A DNA stretch of 64,000 nt from Candidatus Multivoradales bacterium (GCA_965223325.1 CBDCWI010000002.1:1280001-1344000), one strand, 5' to 3'. Positions 17,045 through 27,407 are shown, counted from the first letter of the stretch. The notes: a model not told the origin generated them from the letters alone. Translations and numbers: made by a program.

Positions 17045-17814
17045 AGCCCGCCGTCGACGTGCAGGACCTGACCGGTGACGTAGGAGGCGCGTTCCGAAAG
17101 CAGGAAACAGACGACCTCGGCAATCTCTTCTGGACTCGCCAGGCGCCCGAGGGGAATCTGCAGGTTGTCGCGATTCTCCAGTGGCAAGGGGGCCGTCATG
17201 TCGGTGTCGACAAAGCCAGGAGACACGGCGTTACAGCGCACGCCGAAGCGCGCCGCCTCGAGCGCCAGGCTGTAGGTGAGGTTGACCAGCGCCGCCTTCG
17301 ACGCCGCATAGTCGGCACCCATCCACTTGCCGGGCCCGTGCGCCGACGTCGAGGCGATGTTGACGATCGCTCCCCGCTTCGCCTTGCGCATCAACTTGTA
17401 GGCCGTCTGGCTCGCCAACATCGCCGCCTCGACGTTGACCGCAAATGTCTGGCGCCAGGAATCGAGATCGAGGCCACGAAAGGCGACCGCTCGACCGCCG
17501 CCGGCGTTGTTGACGAGGCCGGAGAGACCGCCAGCAGCCGCATTGAAGTCCTCCACCAGCCCGATGGCCGAGGCGGCGTCCGCAAGGTCTGCGGTGAGCG
17601 CGATCGTCTTTCCCGCTTCGACGTGCTCGCCCGCGGCGACTTCCTCGGCGATCTCGGCACACGCTCGAGCAACCGCACTGGCGTTGCGTCCGTGCACTCC
17701 GACCGTCGCACCGGCAAGCGCCAGCTTCCTCGCCACGGCGTTGCCAATTCCACGCGTCGAGCCGGTGACCAGGACTCGCTGACCCGCCAGGCTGTCAGTT
17801 GTAGGACCGGTCAC
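17026..17814 (-). CDS. fabG: 3-oxoacyl-ACP reductase (SDR family)
   Basis: TGSTRGIG, VNNAG, YAASK, PGFVDTDM, VDGG. Confidence 0.85.
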   Translation of the reverse strand: MTGPTTDSLAGQRVLVTGSTRGIGNAVARKLALAGATVGVHGRNASAVARACAEIAEEVAAGEHVEAGKTIALTADLADAASAIGLVEDFNAAAGGLSGLVNNAGGGRAVAFRGLDLDSWRQTFAVNVEAAMLASQTAYKLMRKAKRGAIVNIASTSAHGPGKWMGADYAASKAALVNLTYSLALEAARFGVRCNAVSPGFVDTDMTAPLPLENRDNLQIPLGRLASPEEIAEVVCFLLSERASYVTGQVLHVDGGLWMRSS

Positions 17815-17833
17815 GCTCTTGGCTCCGGCCGCA

Positions 17834-18532
17834 TCACGGTTCTGGCCGAATCGGGAACCTGACCGCAGTGCGATCCCACTGAATGAGCAAGTCGACGCCA
17901 GAGCCTTCTGGTTCGAAGCCGATGATCAGCCCATGCGTCACCTCGTCGGTAGCCTCGGGGACCGCATCGACCGTCAGCACGTCGAGCTCGGGGTCGTACT
18001 CATCGGCAAGGTGCATGCCGAGCGCGCGGTTCAAGTGCAGGGTCCAGTGGTCGGCCCGCGGGGTCGTGAACAAGCTATAGAGACCCGGCTCGAGGGCCTG
18101 GCCACCGACCTTGACCGGAACCGTGACCGCCAGCTCGGTAGAACGATGGGCTCCCGTAGCCCAGACGGTGCCATAGGCGACCAGGCCTCCGAAGACCGTC
18201 CGCCCGCGGGTGTAGGGCTTGCCGTAGACGACATGCAGGTAGCCACCACCCGGCAGCCGTGCGCCCGCACGACCGACGGCGCTTCCCGGCGGCGGGTCGG
18301 CGGGGTCGAGCCGCAGGCCTTCGACCAGAAAGGTATCCGCGACAGGACCCTCGCTGGCACCATGGGCGTGTGCCGACTGCGCACCTGCCGGCGAAACGCT
18401 GAGTACGAGAACCGCGAGCGCGATGCCTGCTGCACTCTCGACTACTCGCGCACTCGCCCGAACGCCTTTCCTGACCTGACTCACCATGGTTCTTCGGCTC
18501 CCTGACTCTCGTATCCTGTTGTCGCGCTCCAC
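17834..18532 (-). CDS. DUF2911 domain secreted protein
   Basis: YGKPY.RGR.VFGGLV.YG.VW.TGA and G.YSLFT.P....W motifs; start uncertain. Confidence 0.75.
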   Translation of the reverse strand: MERDNRIRESGSRRTMVSQVRKGVRASARVVESAAGIALAVLVLSVSPAGAQSAHAHGASEGPVADTFLVEGLRLDPADPPPGSAVGRAGARLPGGGYLHVVYGKPYTRGRTVFGGLVAYGTVWATGAHRSTELAVTVPVKVGGQALEPGLYSLFTTPRADHWTLHLNRALGMHLADEYDPELDVLTVDAVPEATDEVTHGLIIGFEPEGSGVDLLIQWDRTAVRFPIRPEP

Positions 18533-18660
18533 GCCCCCAGGGGACGTGAGCCTCAGAATACAGCGCCAAGAGCGGTGAGTGCGCTCCAGGGCTCTGACGC
18601 AGGCAATCAGAACGCAGGTTCAGGACGCGGGTTCAGGACCAGGGCCTGGCCGAGAGGGGC

Positions 18661-19068
18661 TCAAAACTCCGGCAGGGTACGGTGCATCCACTGCACGCAC
18701 ACCGCCTGCAGCAGGCTGTCGAGCCCCTTGTCGGGCGACGGCAGATTCTGCACCCGCGTGCGTACCGACTTGCGGAAGAGGTGCGTGCCGTAGACAGCGA
18801 CCAGGAGGGTAACCACCAAACCGACCTGGACCGGTCCCCAACCTTCGAGCACCGTGCTCACCAGGGCCAGCAACGCCGCCGCCTGGAGAAGCAGGGTCAG
18901 TCCCAGACTCAAATACATCTGGCGCCTGGCGAGCGACTTGAAGGCGGCGAGGTGCTCCATCGTTTCGACCTTGTCGATCTGCGCCATGAAGTTCTGCATG
19001 TCGATCGTCGACGCGATCTGCAGCATCAAGGCAACGAAGAGAACGACGAGCAGGATGGTGGTGAACAT
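18661..19068 (-). CDS. hypothetical membrane protein
   Basis: Three hydrophobic segments; plausible start MFTTILL. Confidence 0.55.
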   Translation of the reverse strand: MFTTILLVVLFVALMLQIASTIDMQNFMAQIDKVETMEHLAAFKSLARRQMYLSLGLTLLLQAAALLALVSTVLEGWGPVQVGLVVTLLVAVYGTHLFRKSVRTRVQNLPSPDKGLDSLLQAVCVQWMHRTLPEF

Positions 19069-19189
19069 TCCAGCCTCGAAGGGAAGTGGAGGGAACCTTT
19101 GGTCGAAAGGCGATAACGCGCCCGAATCGGCGAGATTATACCATCGAAATACTTGTTTTAAGAGCTGTTCGCTCTCGGCGGCACACCTT

Positions 19190-19699
19190 CTACGGCTTCC
19201 AGAACGCCACCAGCCGTCCGGCGCACAAGACAGCGGTCCACAGCAGTAGCGACAGGCCACCCATCCAACGCGCCGCTCCAGGCACCTGGCCCCCGGGCGG
19301 CAGCGCCGCCACCCGTCCGGCGACCGTTCGGTGGTAGATCAACACGTTCACGAGCGCCGCGGACAGAAAGACCACCTTCCAGTGGAAGGCCGGGTTGCCG
19401 AGGTAGCCGCGCGGAATCCCAACGACGAACAAGGCGCCGGTCGCGGCACAGAGCAGGAAACCGAAGGCCCCGCAGCGCTCCAGCGGCCGAAACCCCGCCG
19501 GGGCCAGCTCTTTCACCCACCCGAGAAGACTGAGATCGAACAGCACGACGGTTCCGATCAGAAGCGTCAGGCCGAGAAAATGCAGGGACTCACACAATGG
19601 CCACGCCCAGGCCGACCAGTTCATGAACGACGACAACCAGGTGCCCTCGAGCCATGTCGCCAGGCCGTCGAGATACGGTGCGGGAGGAGCGGCGTTCAC
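19190..19699 (-). CDS. DUF6644-like membrane protein
   Basis: WP.CESLHFLGL.LLIG...FDL.LLG, NPAF.WK, W...L.AGRL.AF; GTG start overlaps upstream TGA. Confidence 0.7.
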   Translation of the reverse strand: MNAAPPAPYLDGLATWLEGTWLSSFMNWSAWAWPLCESLHFLGLTLLIGTVVLFDLSLLGWVKELAPAGFRPLERCGAFGFLLCAATGALFVVGIPRGYLGNPAFHWKVVFLSAALVNVLIYHRTVAGRVAALPPGGQVPGAARWMGGLSLLLWTAVLCAGRLVAFWKP

Positions 19700-20220
19700 A
19701 TGCTGCTCATCAGATGGCGGTAGGTGTAGGCCAGCAGGCGACCGGAAACGATCGCGGCCGTCCACGAAGCGAGCGACACCCAGGCGATGGGAACCAGACC
19801 GCGACGACTCTTTGCCGACGCGGCGCCAGGATCCCGCAGGTGGCCTTCGAGTCGGCGCGCGATCAGCACCGCCACCGCCACGCACAGCATCTTGAAGAAG
19901 AACATCGGGTTGGTCAGTGCCTTCGCCGGGTAGGCCACAAAGAGGAGTACACCGCTCAGCGCACTGGCGAGGAAACTCACCCACAGGATCGGAAAGAACC
20001 TCCTCATCGGCGGCAAAGGCAGCCGCGGCGCAATCCCGAGGATGCGGAGGTCGATGGCGATGCTCACTCCGGCGACGACTGCCAGAGCCAGAGTGTGCAG
20101 AGTGAGAACGCCGGGGAAGGCGAAGACCGACAAGGACTCACGCATCCAGACGCTGATCGCCGTCGCTTCGATCCAGCCGCTGACCTCGACCCAAGGAAAC
20201 GCCTGCACAGCGAGCCTCAC
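19696..20220 (-). CDS. DUF6644-like membrane protein (paralog)
   Basis: FP.VLTLHTL...IDLRILG, NPMFFFK, GRLLAY. Confidence 0.7.
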   Translation of the reverse strand: MRLAVQAFPWVEVSGWIEATAISVWMRESLSVFAFPGVLTLHTLALAVVAGVSIAIDLRILGIAPRLPLPPMRRFFPILWVSFLASALSGVLLFVAYPAKALTNPMFFFKMLCVAVAVLIARRLEGHLRDPGAASAKSRRGLVPIAWVSLASWTAAIVSGRLLAYTYRHLMSSM

Positions 20221-21932
20221 CGCTCTTCATCGCCTGGCAAAGCCGCACCGCGCAGCTGAGCCAGAGCAACTTCAGGGGAGATCTCCGGGGCGATCTCGAG
20301 AAGCGGTTCGAGCACGAACGCCCGTTGGCCCATGCGCGGATGCGGCACCACCAGGCCGGGTTCGTCGATCTCCTGGTCGCCGAACAGCAACAGGTCGAGA
20401 TCAACCACCCGTGGACCGTTGCGAAACGTCTTCTCGCGACCGAGCTCACGCTCGATGCGTTGCAACTGCTCGAGAAGAGACCGCGCGTCGAGTGCCACCT
20501 CGAGTCTCACGACGGCATTGAGGAAGTCCGGCTGATCGGCGAACCCCACCGGCTCGGTCTCGTAGAAGCTGGAACGGCCAGTGAGCCGGCCGAGTCGTGA
20601 GAGTAGGGCGATGGCGCGCTCGAGCGTTTCCCGCCGGGCACCGAGGTTGGCACCCAGGCCGACATAGGCCGGCACCACCGTGCCAGACGCCCCCACCAGG
20701 CGGGTGCACTCGACCGCCACCCGCGCTCCCAGCTGTCGGCTGATCTCTGGTTTCTCGACGCGTACACGAACCGACAGAACCGGCGCGCCGGCCTCACGGG
20801 CCAAGTCAAGCACCCGGTCGCCCAGTGACCGCGCCAGAGTCTCGAGCAGTCGCCACGGGCGCGCGGCGACATGCTCGGAAACGGCGGCGACGATGCGGGC
20901 ATAGTCGAGCCTGCCGGTGAGCACATCATCTTCGGGCCCTGGGCTGAACACGGCCTCGACGTCGACCAGGAGCGGCTGCGGCTTCTCACGCTCTCGGTCA
21001 GGAACACCGACCGTCGCCCGCAGTTCGAGACCCTCGACCAGGCTGCGCTCGTCTCCGGCGCGACCGATCTCCATACCCACCCAACTCCCGGGTCGAGCTC
21101 CTTGCGGCCGCAAGGCCTGGGCGACGTCGAGAGCACGACGGTTGGCCAGAACATCGTGCACCCGAACCACCGCCACTCCCGCGAGAACCGCATGCACCGT
21201 GGTTGCAATCGTGGCTTCGAGGCGCTCCCCTTGCGGCAAACCGAGAAGTTTCCCGAACATCGACTTGCGCGAGGTTCCCAAAACCACCGGCGCCCCCAGC
21301 TCGACCAACTGCGGCAGAGCACGCAGAAGCGCTGTGTTGTCCTCTAAGGTCTTGCCGAAGCCGATCCCGGGATCGAGGAGTAGCCGGACCCCGAACCGTT
21401 CGGCTGCAGCCAGACGCCGGCGCAGAAATAGCAGCACCTCACGGACGACGTCGTCGTACTGCGGTGCCGACTGCATGGTGGAGGGTGTCCCCTTCATGTG
21501 CATGGCAATGACCGGAGCGCCGGTGGAGGCCGCCACCTCGAGCATCGACTGCCGTGCGCCGCGAACGTCATTGATGATCGAAGCCCCTGCCGCCAATGCC
21601 GCTTCAGCCACCCCCGGCTTGCTGGTGTCGATGCTGATCGGAACGCCGTGGGCAGCCAGGCCCTCGACCACTGGCAGAATGCGCGCCAGCTCGGTTTCGG
21701 TTGAAACCGCTTCGGCACCCGGCCGGGTGCTCTCGCCCCCCACATCGAGCAGGTCTGCACCCTCTTCGATCAGTCGACGCCCGTAGTCGACCGCGTCGAG
21801 AGGGCGCAGAAACCTGCCGCCATCCGAGAAGCTGTCCGGCGTGACATTGACGATGCCCATCACGAGCGGGCGATCGAACGTCAGAACGGTCCCGTTCGCG
21901 AGCCCGAGCGGCATGAGGCTGCGACTAGCCAT
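20217..21932 (-). CDS. folP: trifunctional dihydropteroate synthase / dihydroneopterin aldolase / HPPK fusion (FolP-FolB-FolK)
   Basis: MGIVNVTPDSFSDGG, GGESTRPG, DPGIGFGK, SRKS (FolP); VGV..RER...Q, LDY, LLETLA, VEKP (FolB); YVGLGANLG, FLNAV, GPRVVDLDLL, VPHPRM.QRAFVL.PL (FolK). Confidence 0.92.
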   Translation of the reverse strand: MASRSLMPLGLANGTVLTFDRPLVMGIVNVTPDSFSDGGRFLRPLDAVDYGRRLIEEGADLLDVGGESTRPGAEAVSTETELARILPVVEGLAAHGVPISIDTSKPGVAEAALAAGASIINDVRGARQSMLEVAASTGAPVIAMHMKGTPSTMQSAPQYDDVVREVLLFLRRRLAAAERFGVRLLLDPGIGFGKTLEDNTALLRALPQLVELGAPVVLGTSRKSMFGKLLGLPQGERLEATIATTVHAVLAGVAVVRVHDVLANRRALDVAQALRPQGARPGSWVGMEIGRAGDERSLVEGLELRATVGVPDREREKPQPLLVDVEAVFSPGPEDDVLTGRLDYARIVAAVSEHVAARPWRLLETLARSLGDRVLDLAREAGAPVLSVRVRVEKPEISRQLGARVAVECTRLVGASGTVVPAYVGLGANLGARRETLERAIALLSRLGRLTGRSSFYETEPVGFADQPDFLNAVVRLEVALDARSLLEQLQRIERELGREKTFRNGPRVVDLDLLLFGDQEIDEPGLVVPHPRMGQRAFVLEPLLEIAPEISPEVALAQLRGAALPGDEER

Positions 21933-22206
21933 GGGTGGTGAGGGAACAGGGAGGGGAAGCCTGCGCCGGGCACCCGGGTCCGAGGGGGGCTGGGAACCGA
22001 GAGCCGGTGCACGACCGAACGAGGAGACTGACCAAGGAGGCCAAACAAGATGAAGGACGGCGCGTCATACGCGGAAGTCCAGCCACCGGCTTCTCCCTCC
22101 AGAGTTTGAGACCGGCCTCGTCGTCGCAAGTCACACCGATCCCTTCGGGGAAAGCAACCAACGCGCACCGGCCATTGGTAAGGCGAGTCGCCGCGACAAT
22201 AGCCGA

Positions 22207-23823
22207 GTGGGCAGTACACTGCCGTCGAGGTCCCTGGAGATGCGAGAAGTGGATGACTCAAAAGCCCTGGCAGGAGGTGGCGCGGCGCTGGTGGCGGCGA
22301 CGGTGCGATGGCTCCTGGCGGCCCTGATCGTCTTCCTGGCTGGGCAGATGGTTGCGCCGCCACTCAGCGCGCAGACCACCGATCCACGCGGGCGCGTTTC
22401 GGTACTCGGCGTCGGCGACGAAGAACTGCGTCGGCTGCGCGCCGCCGTGCCCGAGGGCGAAGCGAGCGGCGAAGTCATCGAGCTCACCATTCCTGACGCA
22501 GTGCGCCGTGCCCTGCGCCAGAGCCTCGCCGAGCGCACCGCGGGTGGAGCGGTGGCTGCAGCCGAGGCGCGCGTGCAGTCGGCGCGCGCGCGACGGCTAC
22601 CGGATCTGACCGCCAACCTCGGTTTCGTGCGCAGCGAGTTCAACCTCGCGGCATCCTTCTTTCGCGATCTTCCTCCGCCGGGCGGCGACAGCACCGAGGC
22701 GGCGACCGACCGCGGGGTCGTCGGGCCGTTCGAAGTCTGGGACGCCCGTTTCGGCCTGCGGGTACCACTCTACGACCGCGGGCTGGCGCTCGCCCACGAC
22801 GCTGCGGCGGCGCACCTCGAAGGCCAGCGTCACCACTACCAGGGGCAGCGCGATCTCATCGTCCTGGCGGTTTCGAATCTCTACCTGACCGCCGTCGCCC
22901 ACCGCACACGGGTCGAAGCCGCCGTGGCGCAACTCGAAACCTCGCGCTCGCTACGCGAACTCGCCGCGAGTCGCCATGCGGCCGGAATGGCGCCAGCGAT
23001 TGAAACCCTGCGCGCCGAGGTTGCGATGAGTGCCGACGAAGTCCGGTTGATTCGGGCGCAGAACGAACTCTCCAAGTCTCGGCTCGACCTCGCCTACGCC
23101 ATCGGTCTACCGGCCGGGCAGCGCTTCCGACTGGTCGAGGACATCCACTTCGAGCCCCTACCGCCCACCGACCTCGACGAGGCGATCGCACGTGCCTTCG
23201 AGCAGCGCGGCGACTGGGCCGCTTCGGCCGCCCGACGGCACGCGGCCAGCAGCCAGGTGCGCGCGCTGCGCGCCGAACGCCTCCCGCGCCTCGCAGCGGA
23301 GGCCAACTGGGGTCGGATCGGCCCTACCGAGGACGACCTCGAACCCACCTGGGGAATCGCTGCCAACCTGTCGGTTCCGATTTGGCGCTCCGGTCGAATC
23401 GCCGGTGCGCTGGCTGAAGCCCTGGCCGATTTCAGGCGTCGCGACGCCGAGCACAAAGCGCTCGAAGCGGCGATTCGTTTCCAGGTCGAAGCGGCGCTGC
23501 TCGACGCCGCAGCCGCCGAGCGAACGGTCACCGTCGCCCGCCAGGCCGTAGCGCTCGGTGATGCACAGCTGGTCCAGGCCCGCCACCGCTTCGAAGAGGG
23601 GGTCGCCAACAACATCGAAGTCCTCCGCGCGCAGGAAGATCTGGCGCGCCTGCGGGAGATCCTCATCAGCAGTCTCTTTGCCCACCGCACGGCCAAAGGC
23701 GCCGTGGCGCGGGCTCTCGGAATCGCCGAGGCACGCCTGGTCGAGTACCTTGTCGGCACGTCTCTGGCGACCGAGCCACAAGTCAACCAACTCCACGCAA
23801 ACGAAGAAGAGGCCAGGCGTTGA
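22207..23823 (+). CDS. TolC-family outer-membrane efflux protein
   Basis: Signal-like hydrophobic segment, two OEP repeats (RLP.L, LSVPIW, FEEGVANNIEVL.AQ); start uncertain. Confidence 0.85.
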   Translation: MGSTLPSRSLEMREVDDSKALAGGGAALVAATVRWLLAALIVFLAGQMVAPPLSAQTTDPRGRVSVLGVGDEELRRLRAAVPEGEASGEVIELTIPDAVRRALRQSLAERTAGGAVAAAEARVQSARARRLPDLTANLGFVRSEFNLAASFFRDLPPPGGDSTEAATDRGVVGPFEVWDARFGLRVPLYDRGLALAHDAAAAHLEGQRHHYQGQRDLIVLAVSNLYLTAVAHRTRVEAAVAQLETSRSLRELAASRHAAGMAPAIETLRAEVAMSADEVRLIRAQNELSKSRLDLAYAIGLPAGQRFRLVEDIHFEPLPPTDLDEAIARAFEQRGDWAASAARRHAASSQVRALRAERLPRLAAEANWGRIGPTEDDLEPTWGIAANLSVPIWRSGRIAGALAEALADFRRRDAEHKALEAAIRFQVEAALLDAAAAERTVTVARQAVALGDAQLVQARHRFEEGVANNIEVLRAQEDLARLREILISSLFAHRTAKGAVARALGIAEARLVEYLVGTSLATEPQVNQLHANEEEARR

Positions 23824-25082
23824 GCACCTCCGAAGGCAAGAACCCAGAACCGACTCATGGTTCGAAGGGCCGGCGCCGCCGAGGCGCCCTGGTTGGCGGC
23901 CTGATGGTCGCGTTGCTGGCTACGCTTCTCGTGGCCTGGTGGCTCGGGCGCCGCGAATCGACCGACAACGCTCACCTCGAGGGACATGTGCACCCGGTCG
24001 CCGCACGTGTCGAAGGACCGGTGATCGAAGTGGCGGTTGGAGAGAACCAGGAGGTCGAGAAAGGCGACGTCTTGTTTCGCATCGACCCGGCGCTCTACCG
24101 GGTCAACCTCGCCACCGCCGTCGCCCACCTGGCCGACGCGCGCGCCGAAGCGGCCGCGGCTCAGACTGGAGTGCCCATCGCCTCGACGACCACGCGCTCG
24201 GCTCTGCGTTCGGCACTGGCGAGCCGCGAGGGCGCGCGGACCGGCATCTTGCAAGCCAGACAACAAGCCGAAGTCGCCGAAGCAGAGCTCGACGCTGCTC
24301 TGGCGCGACGAGTACAGGCCGAGCGCGACCTTGAGCGTATGCAGCGACTCGTCGAGCGCGACGAAGTGTCACAGCAGGACTACGACCGTGCGGTCGCTGA
24401 GGAAACCAGAGCGCGCTCGGCGCACGCCGCCGCGCGGCTCGAGGTCGAGATCGCCGCCGGTCGCATGGACCAGGCAGCCGGCGCACTCGAGCGTGCCGAG
24501 GCGCTGGTCGCAGAGGCCCAGACGGCACCCCAACAGGTGGCAGTGCACGAGGCTGGAGCCAGTGCCGCCGCGGCGCGCCTCGAGTCCGCCGAGGCGGCAG
24601 TCGAGCAGGCGCAGCTGCAGCTGAAGTGGACCGAGGTGCGGGCTCCAGCCGCTGGGGTCATAGGCCGCAAGCGTGTCGAGGTCGGTCAGTTCCTGCGCCC
24701 CGGCGAGCCCGTCCTCGCCGTCGTGGCAAGCGGCGAGATCTGGGTCGTGGCGAACTTCAAGGAGACCCAACTCGAGCACCTCCGCCCCGGCCAGGAGGCG
24801 CGCGTCAAGGTCGATGCCTACCCTGCACTCGAGCTTTCTGGCAAGGTTGAAAGCCTGTCGGCGGCGACCGGTTCGCGCTTCAGCCTGCTGCCGGCCGAAA
24901 ACGCCACCGGCAACTTCGTCAAGGTCGTCCAGCGCGTTCCGGTACGCATCGGCCTCGATCCCGCAGCTCTTTCGGAGGCGACACGCGGCGGGCAACCGCT
25001 GCGGCCCGGCATGTCGGTGGTGGTGCGCGTGTACACCGGCGAGAGCAGAACGCCTCGAAGTGTCTCTCGCGACGCTCCCTGA
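23820..25082 (+). CDS. emrA: EmrA/HlyD-family membrane fusion protein
   Basis: ESTDNA, ANFKETQL, FSLLPAENATGNFVKVVQRVPVRI. Confidence 0.9.
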   Translation: MSTSEGKNPEPTHGSKGRRRRGALVGGLMVALLATLLVAWWLGRRESTDNAHLEGHVHPVAARVEGPVIEVAVGENQEVEKGDVLFRIDPALYRVNLATAVAHLADARAEAAAAQTGVPIASTTTRSALRSALASREGARTGILQARQQAEVAEAELDAALARRVQAERDLERMQRLVERDEVSQQDYDRAVAEETRARSAHAAARLEVEIAAGRMDQAAGALERAEALVAEAQTAPQQVAVHEAGASAAAARLESAEAAVEQAQLQLKWTEVRAPAAGVIGRKRVEVGQFLRPGEPVLAVVASGEIWVVANFKETQLEHLRPGQEARVKVDAYPALELSGKVESLSAATGSRFSLLPAENATGNFVKVVQRVPVRIGLDPAALSEATRGGQPLRPGMSVVVRVYTGESRTPRSVSRDAP

Positions 25083-26677
25083 TGGAGTCAGACGACAGGC
25101 CGACCCCCTCGTCATCTGCCGCGTTCACAGCAGGCGAGCCGACAGGTTCCGCGCTGCCCGAGAACCCCTGGCCGAGTGCCATCGCGATCATGCTGGCGAC
25201 CATGATGGTGTATCTCGACACCACGGTGGTCAACCTGTCGCTACCACACATGGCGGGCAGCCTCTCGGCCTCGATCCACGAGGCCACCTGGAGCCTGACC
25301 TCTTACCTGGCCGCCAACGCAGTCATCTTGCCGCTCACCGGTTGGCTGGCCAACTGGATCGGGCGCAAGCGTCTGATCATGGGCGCGCTGACCGGCTTCG
25401 TCGCTGCCTCGCTGGGCTGTGGCGTCTCGAGCTCGATCGGCATGCTGATCGTCTTCCGAGTCATCCAAGGTCTCACCGGCGGGGTAATGCAACCGATTTC
25501 GCAAGCGGTGCTGCTCGAGAGCTTTCCGGCTGACCAACGGGGAAAGGCGATGGGCGTCTGGTCGATGGGAATCGTCCTGGCACCGATCCTCGGGCCGGTG
25601 ATCGGCGGCTGGCTGACCGAGAACTGGAATTGGCGTTGGGTCTTTCTGATCAACGTGCCGGTGGGGCTCTTGAGCCTCCTTCTGGTGCGTCAGACGATCG
25701 TCGATCCGTCCTACATCAAGCGACAGACGGAGCGCATCGACTGGGCGGGCATCGGGCTGGTCACCCTGGGGATCGCCTGCATTCAGATCATGCTCGACCA
25801 GGGGCAGGACGAAGACTGGTTCAACTCGCGCTTCGTCGTTGGGCTTCTGGCGGTGGGAGTCGTTAGCCTGGTGATCTTCGTCGTCCGCAGCCTGCGCAGC
25901 GAGTACCCGGTGCTCGACCTCAGGGACCTGTGGATCCGCACCTTTGCCATCGGGACCGCCTTCTCCGGCCTGGTTGGCTATCTGCTCCACGGCTCGATCG
26001 TCGTTTTGCCGCTTCTCCTACAGACCCAGCTCGGGTTCCCGCCGCTCGAAGCCGGCCTGGCCATCGTGCCGCGCGGTATCGGCGCCTTTCTGGCTTTCCC
26101 CCTCGTCGGGGTGATCGCCGACCGCTTCGATCCCCGCAAGCTCCTGTTCGCCGGCCTGGTGCTGGGCAGCTTCACCATGTTCTGGTTCGCGACTCTGGAC
26201 CACTCGCTGGGCTACTGGGATCTGGTGGCGCCACAATTCATTCAGGGACTCGCCCTCGGACTCCTCTTCGTGCCCCTGTCGACGATCACCATGGACCCGA
26301 TCTCGCGACCACGCATGGGCAACGCCACCAGTGTCTACAACGTGGTGCGCAATCTCGGTTCGTCGATTGGCATCGCGATCGTCGCCACCCAGCTGACGCG
26401 CGGCCAGCTGCGCCACCAGGCGCACCTCATCGAAGGGATCACCGCGTACGACCCGGCGACCCGGCTGCGCCTCGAGTCGCTCGAGCAGCTGTGGAAAGAG
26501 GCCGGCGTCGACCCGGCCACCGCCGCCCTCGGGGCACGGGCGGCTCTCGGGCGCCTGGTCGATCAACAGGCTGGCATTCTCGCCTACCTGGATTCGTTCC
26601 GCCTCTTCGGCCTGGTGTTTCTGCTGATGTGCCCGTTCGTTTTCCTGATGGAGCGACCGCGTCATCTGCGGCGCTAG
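25082..26677 (+). CDS. emrB: DHA2 (EmrB/QacA) MFS efflux transporter
   Basis: LDTTVVNLSLPHM.GSL, TSYL.AN, GP..GGWLT....WRWVFLINVP, LDQGQ..DWF. Confidence 0.9.
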   Translation: MESDDRPTPSSSAAFTAGEPTGSALPENPWPSAIAIMLATMMVYLDTTVVNLSLPHMAGSLSASIHEATWSLTSYLAANAVILPLTGWLANWIGRKRLIMGALTGFVAASLGCGVSSSIGMLIVFRVIQGLTGGVMQPISQAVLLESFPADQRGKAMGVWSMGIVLAPILGPVIGGWLTENWNWRWVFLINVPVGLLSLLLVRQTIVDPSYIKRQTERIDWAGIGLVTLGIACIQIMLDQGQDEDWFNSRFVVGLLAVGVVSLVIFVVRSLRSEYPVLDLRDLWIRTFAIGTAFSGLVGYLLHGSIVVLPLLLQTQLGFPPLEAGLAIVPRGIGAFLAFPLVGVIADRFDPRKLLFAGLVLGSFTMFWFATLDHSLGYWDLVAPQFIQGLALGLLFVPLSTITMDPISRPRMGNATSVYNVVRNLGSSIGIAIVATQLTRGQLRHQAHLIEGITAYDPATRLRLESLEQLWKEAGVDPATAALGARAALGRLVDQQAGILAYLDSFRLFGLVFLLMCPFVFLMERPRHLRR

Positions 26678-26954
26678 GGGGGGTTCTGTTGATGCCCTGA
26701 TCCCATATCTACCCGGTTTCACGTCCCGTGGGGCTCCACACGGGACTGCTACGGCGCTCACCGCCGCCTTTTGTTGGCCGATCGGTCTGGTAGCTCGTTT
26801 GCACAACATCTGGCCAGGGATCACAAGATCTCTTGAGATTTGTAAAAAATCAGCATTTTCCTTGTAATCCCATGTGCCGCTGGAACAGGATCCCAGTTCA
26901 CACGGATCGATTCGAAACACCGACCGCCCCGGTGTGCGCCCCAGAGGATTCCGA

Positions 26955-27407
26955 ATGACTGACAGCATCGAGAGCCCAGGCCTGGTTTTGATCGTCGACG
27001 ACGAGCCGACCGTCCTCAACGTCACCAAACAGGTCGTCCAGCGGGCGGGCTTCAATTCCGTCACGGCGACCAGCGGCTTCGAGGCCATTGCCACCCTCGA
27101 AGAGGCCCCGATGGCCATCCAGTGCGTGCTTCTGGACATGAGCATGCCCGAGATGGACGGCGCACAGACCTTTCGCGAGCTCCGCAGGCTGAGAGCCGAC
27201 CTGCCCATCGTCCTGGTGAGCGGCTACCCCGATCTCGAGTCCGAACCTTGCTTTGCGACCGACAAGCCTTTCGCTTTCCTGCAGAAACCCTTCTCGATTG
27301 CTCAGATCGACGACGTGCTGCGGCGCGCCATCGAGGCCGGGAACCGCAGCGGACACCCGCGCAGCCCTTCGTCAGACGCCAGTAGCGAACGCCACGCGCG
27401 CGCCTGA
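26955..27407 (+). CDS. single-domain response regulator (CheY-like)
   Basis: LIVDDE, LLDMSMPEMDG, VSGY, LQKPF. Confidence 0.88.
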   Translation: MTDSIESPGLVLIVDDEPTVLNVTKQVVQRAGFNSVTATSGFEAIATLEEAPMAIQCVLLDMSMPEMDGAQTFRELRRLRADLPIVLVSGYPDLESEPCFATDKPFAFLQKPFSIAQIDDVLRRAIEAGNRSGHPRSPSSDASSERHARA

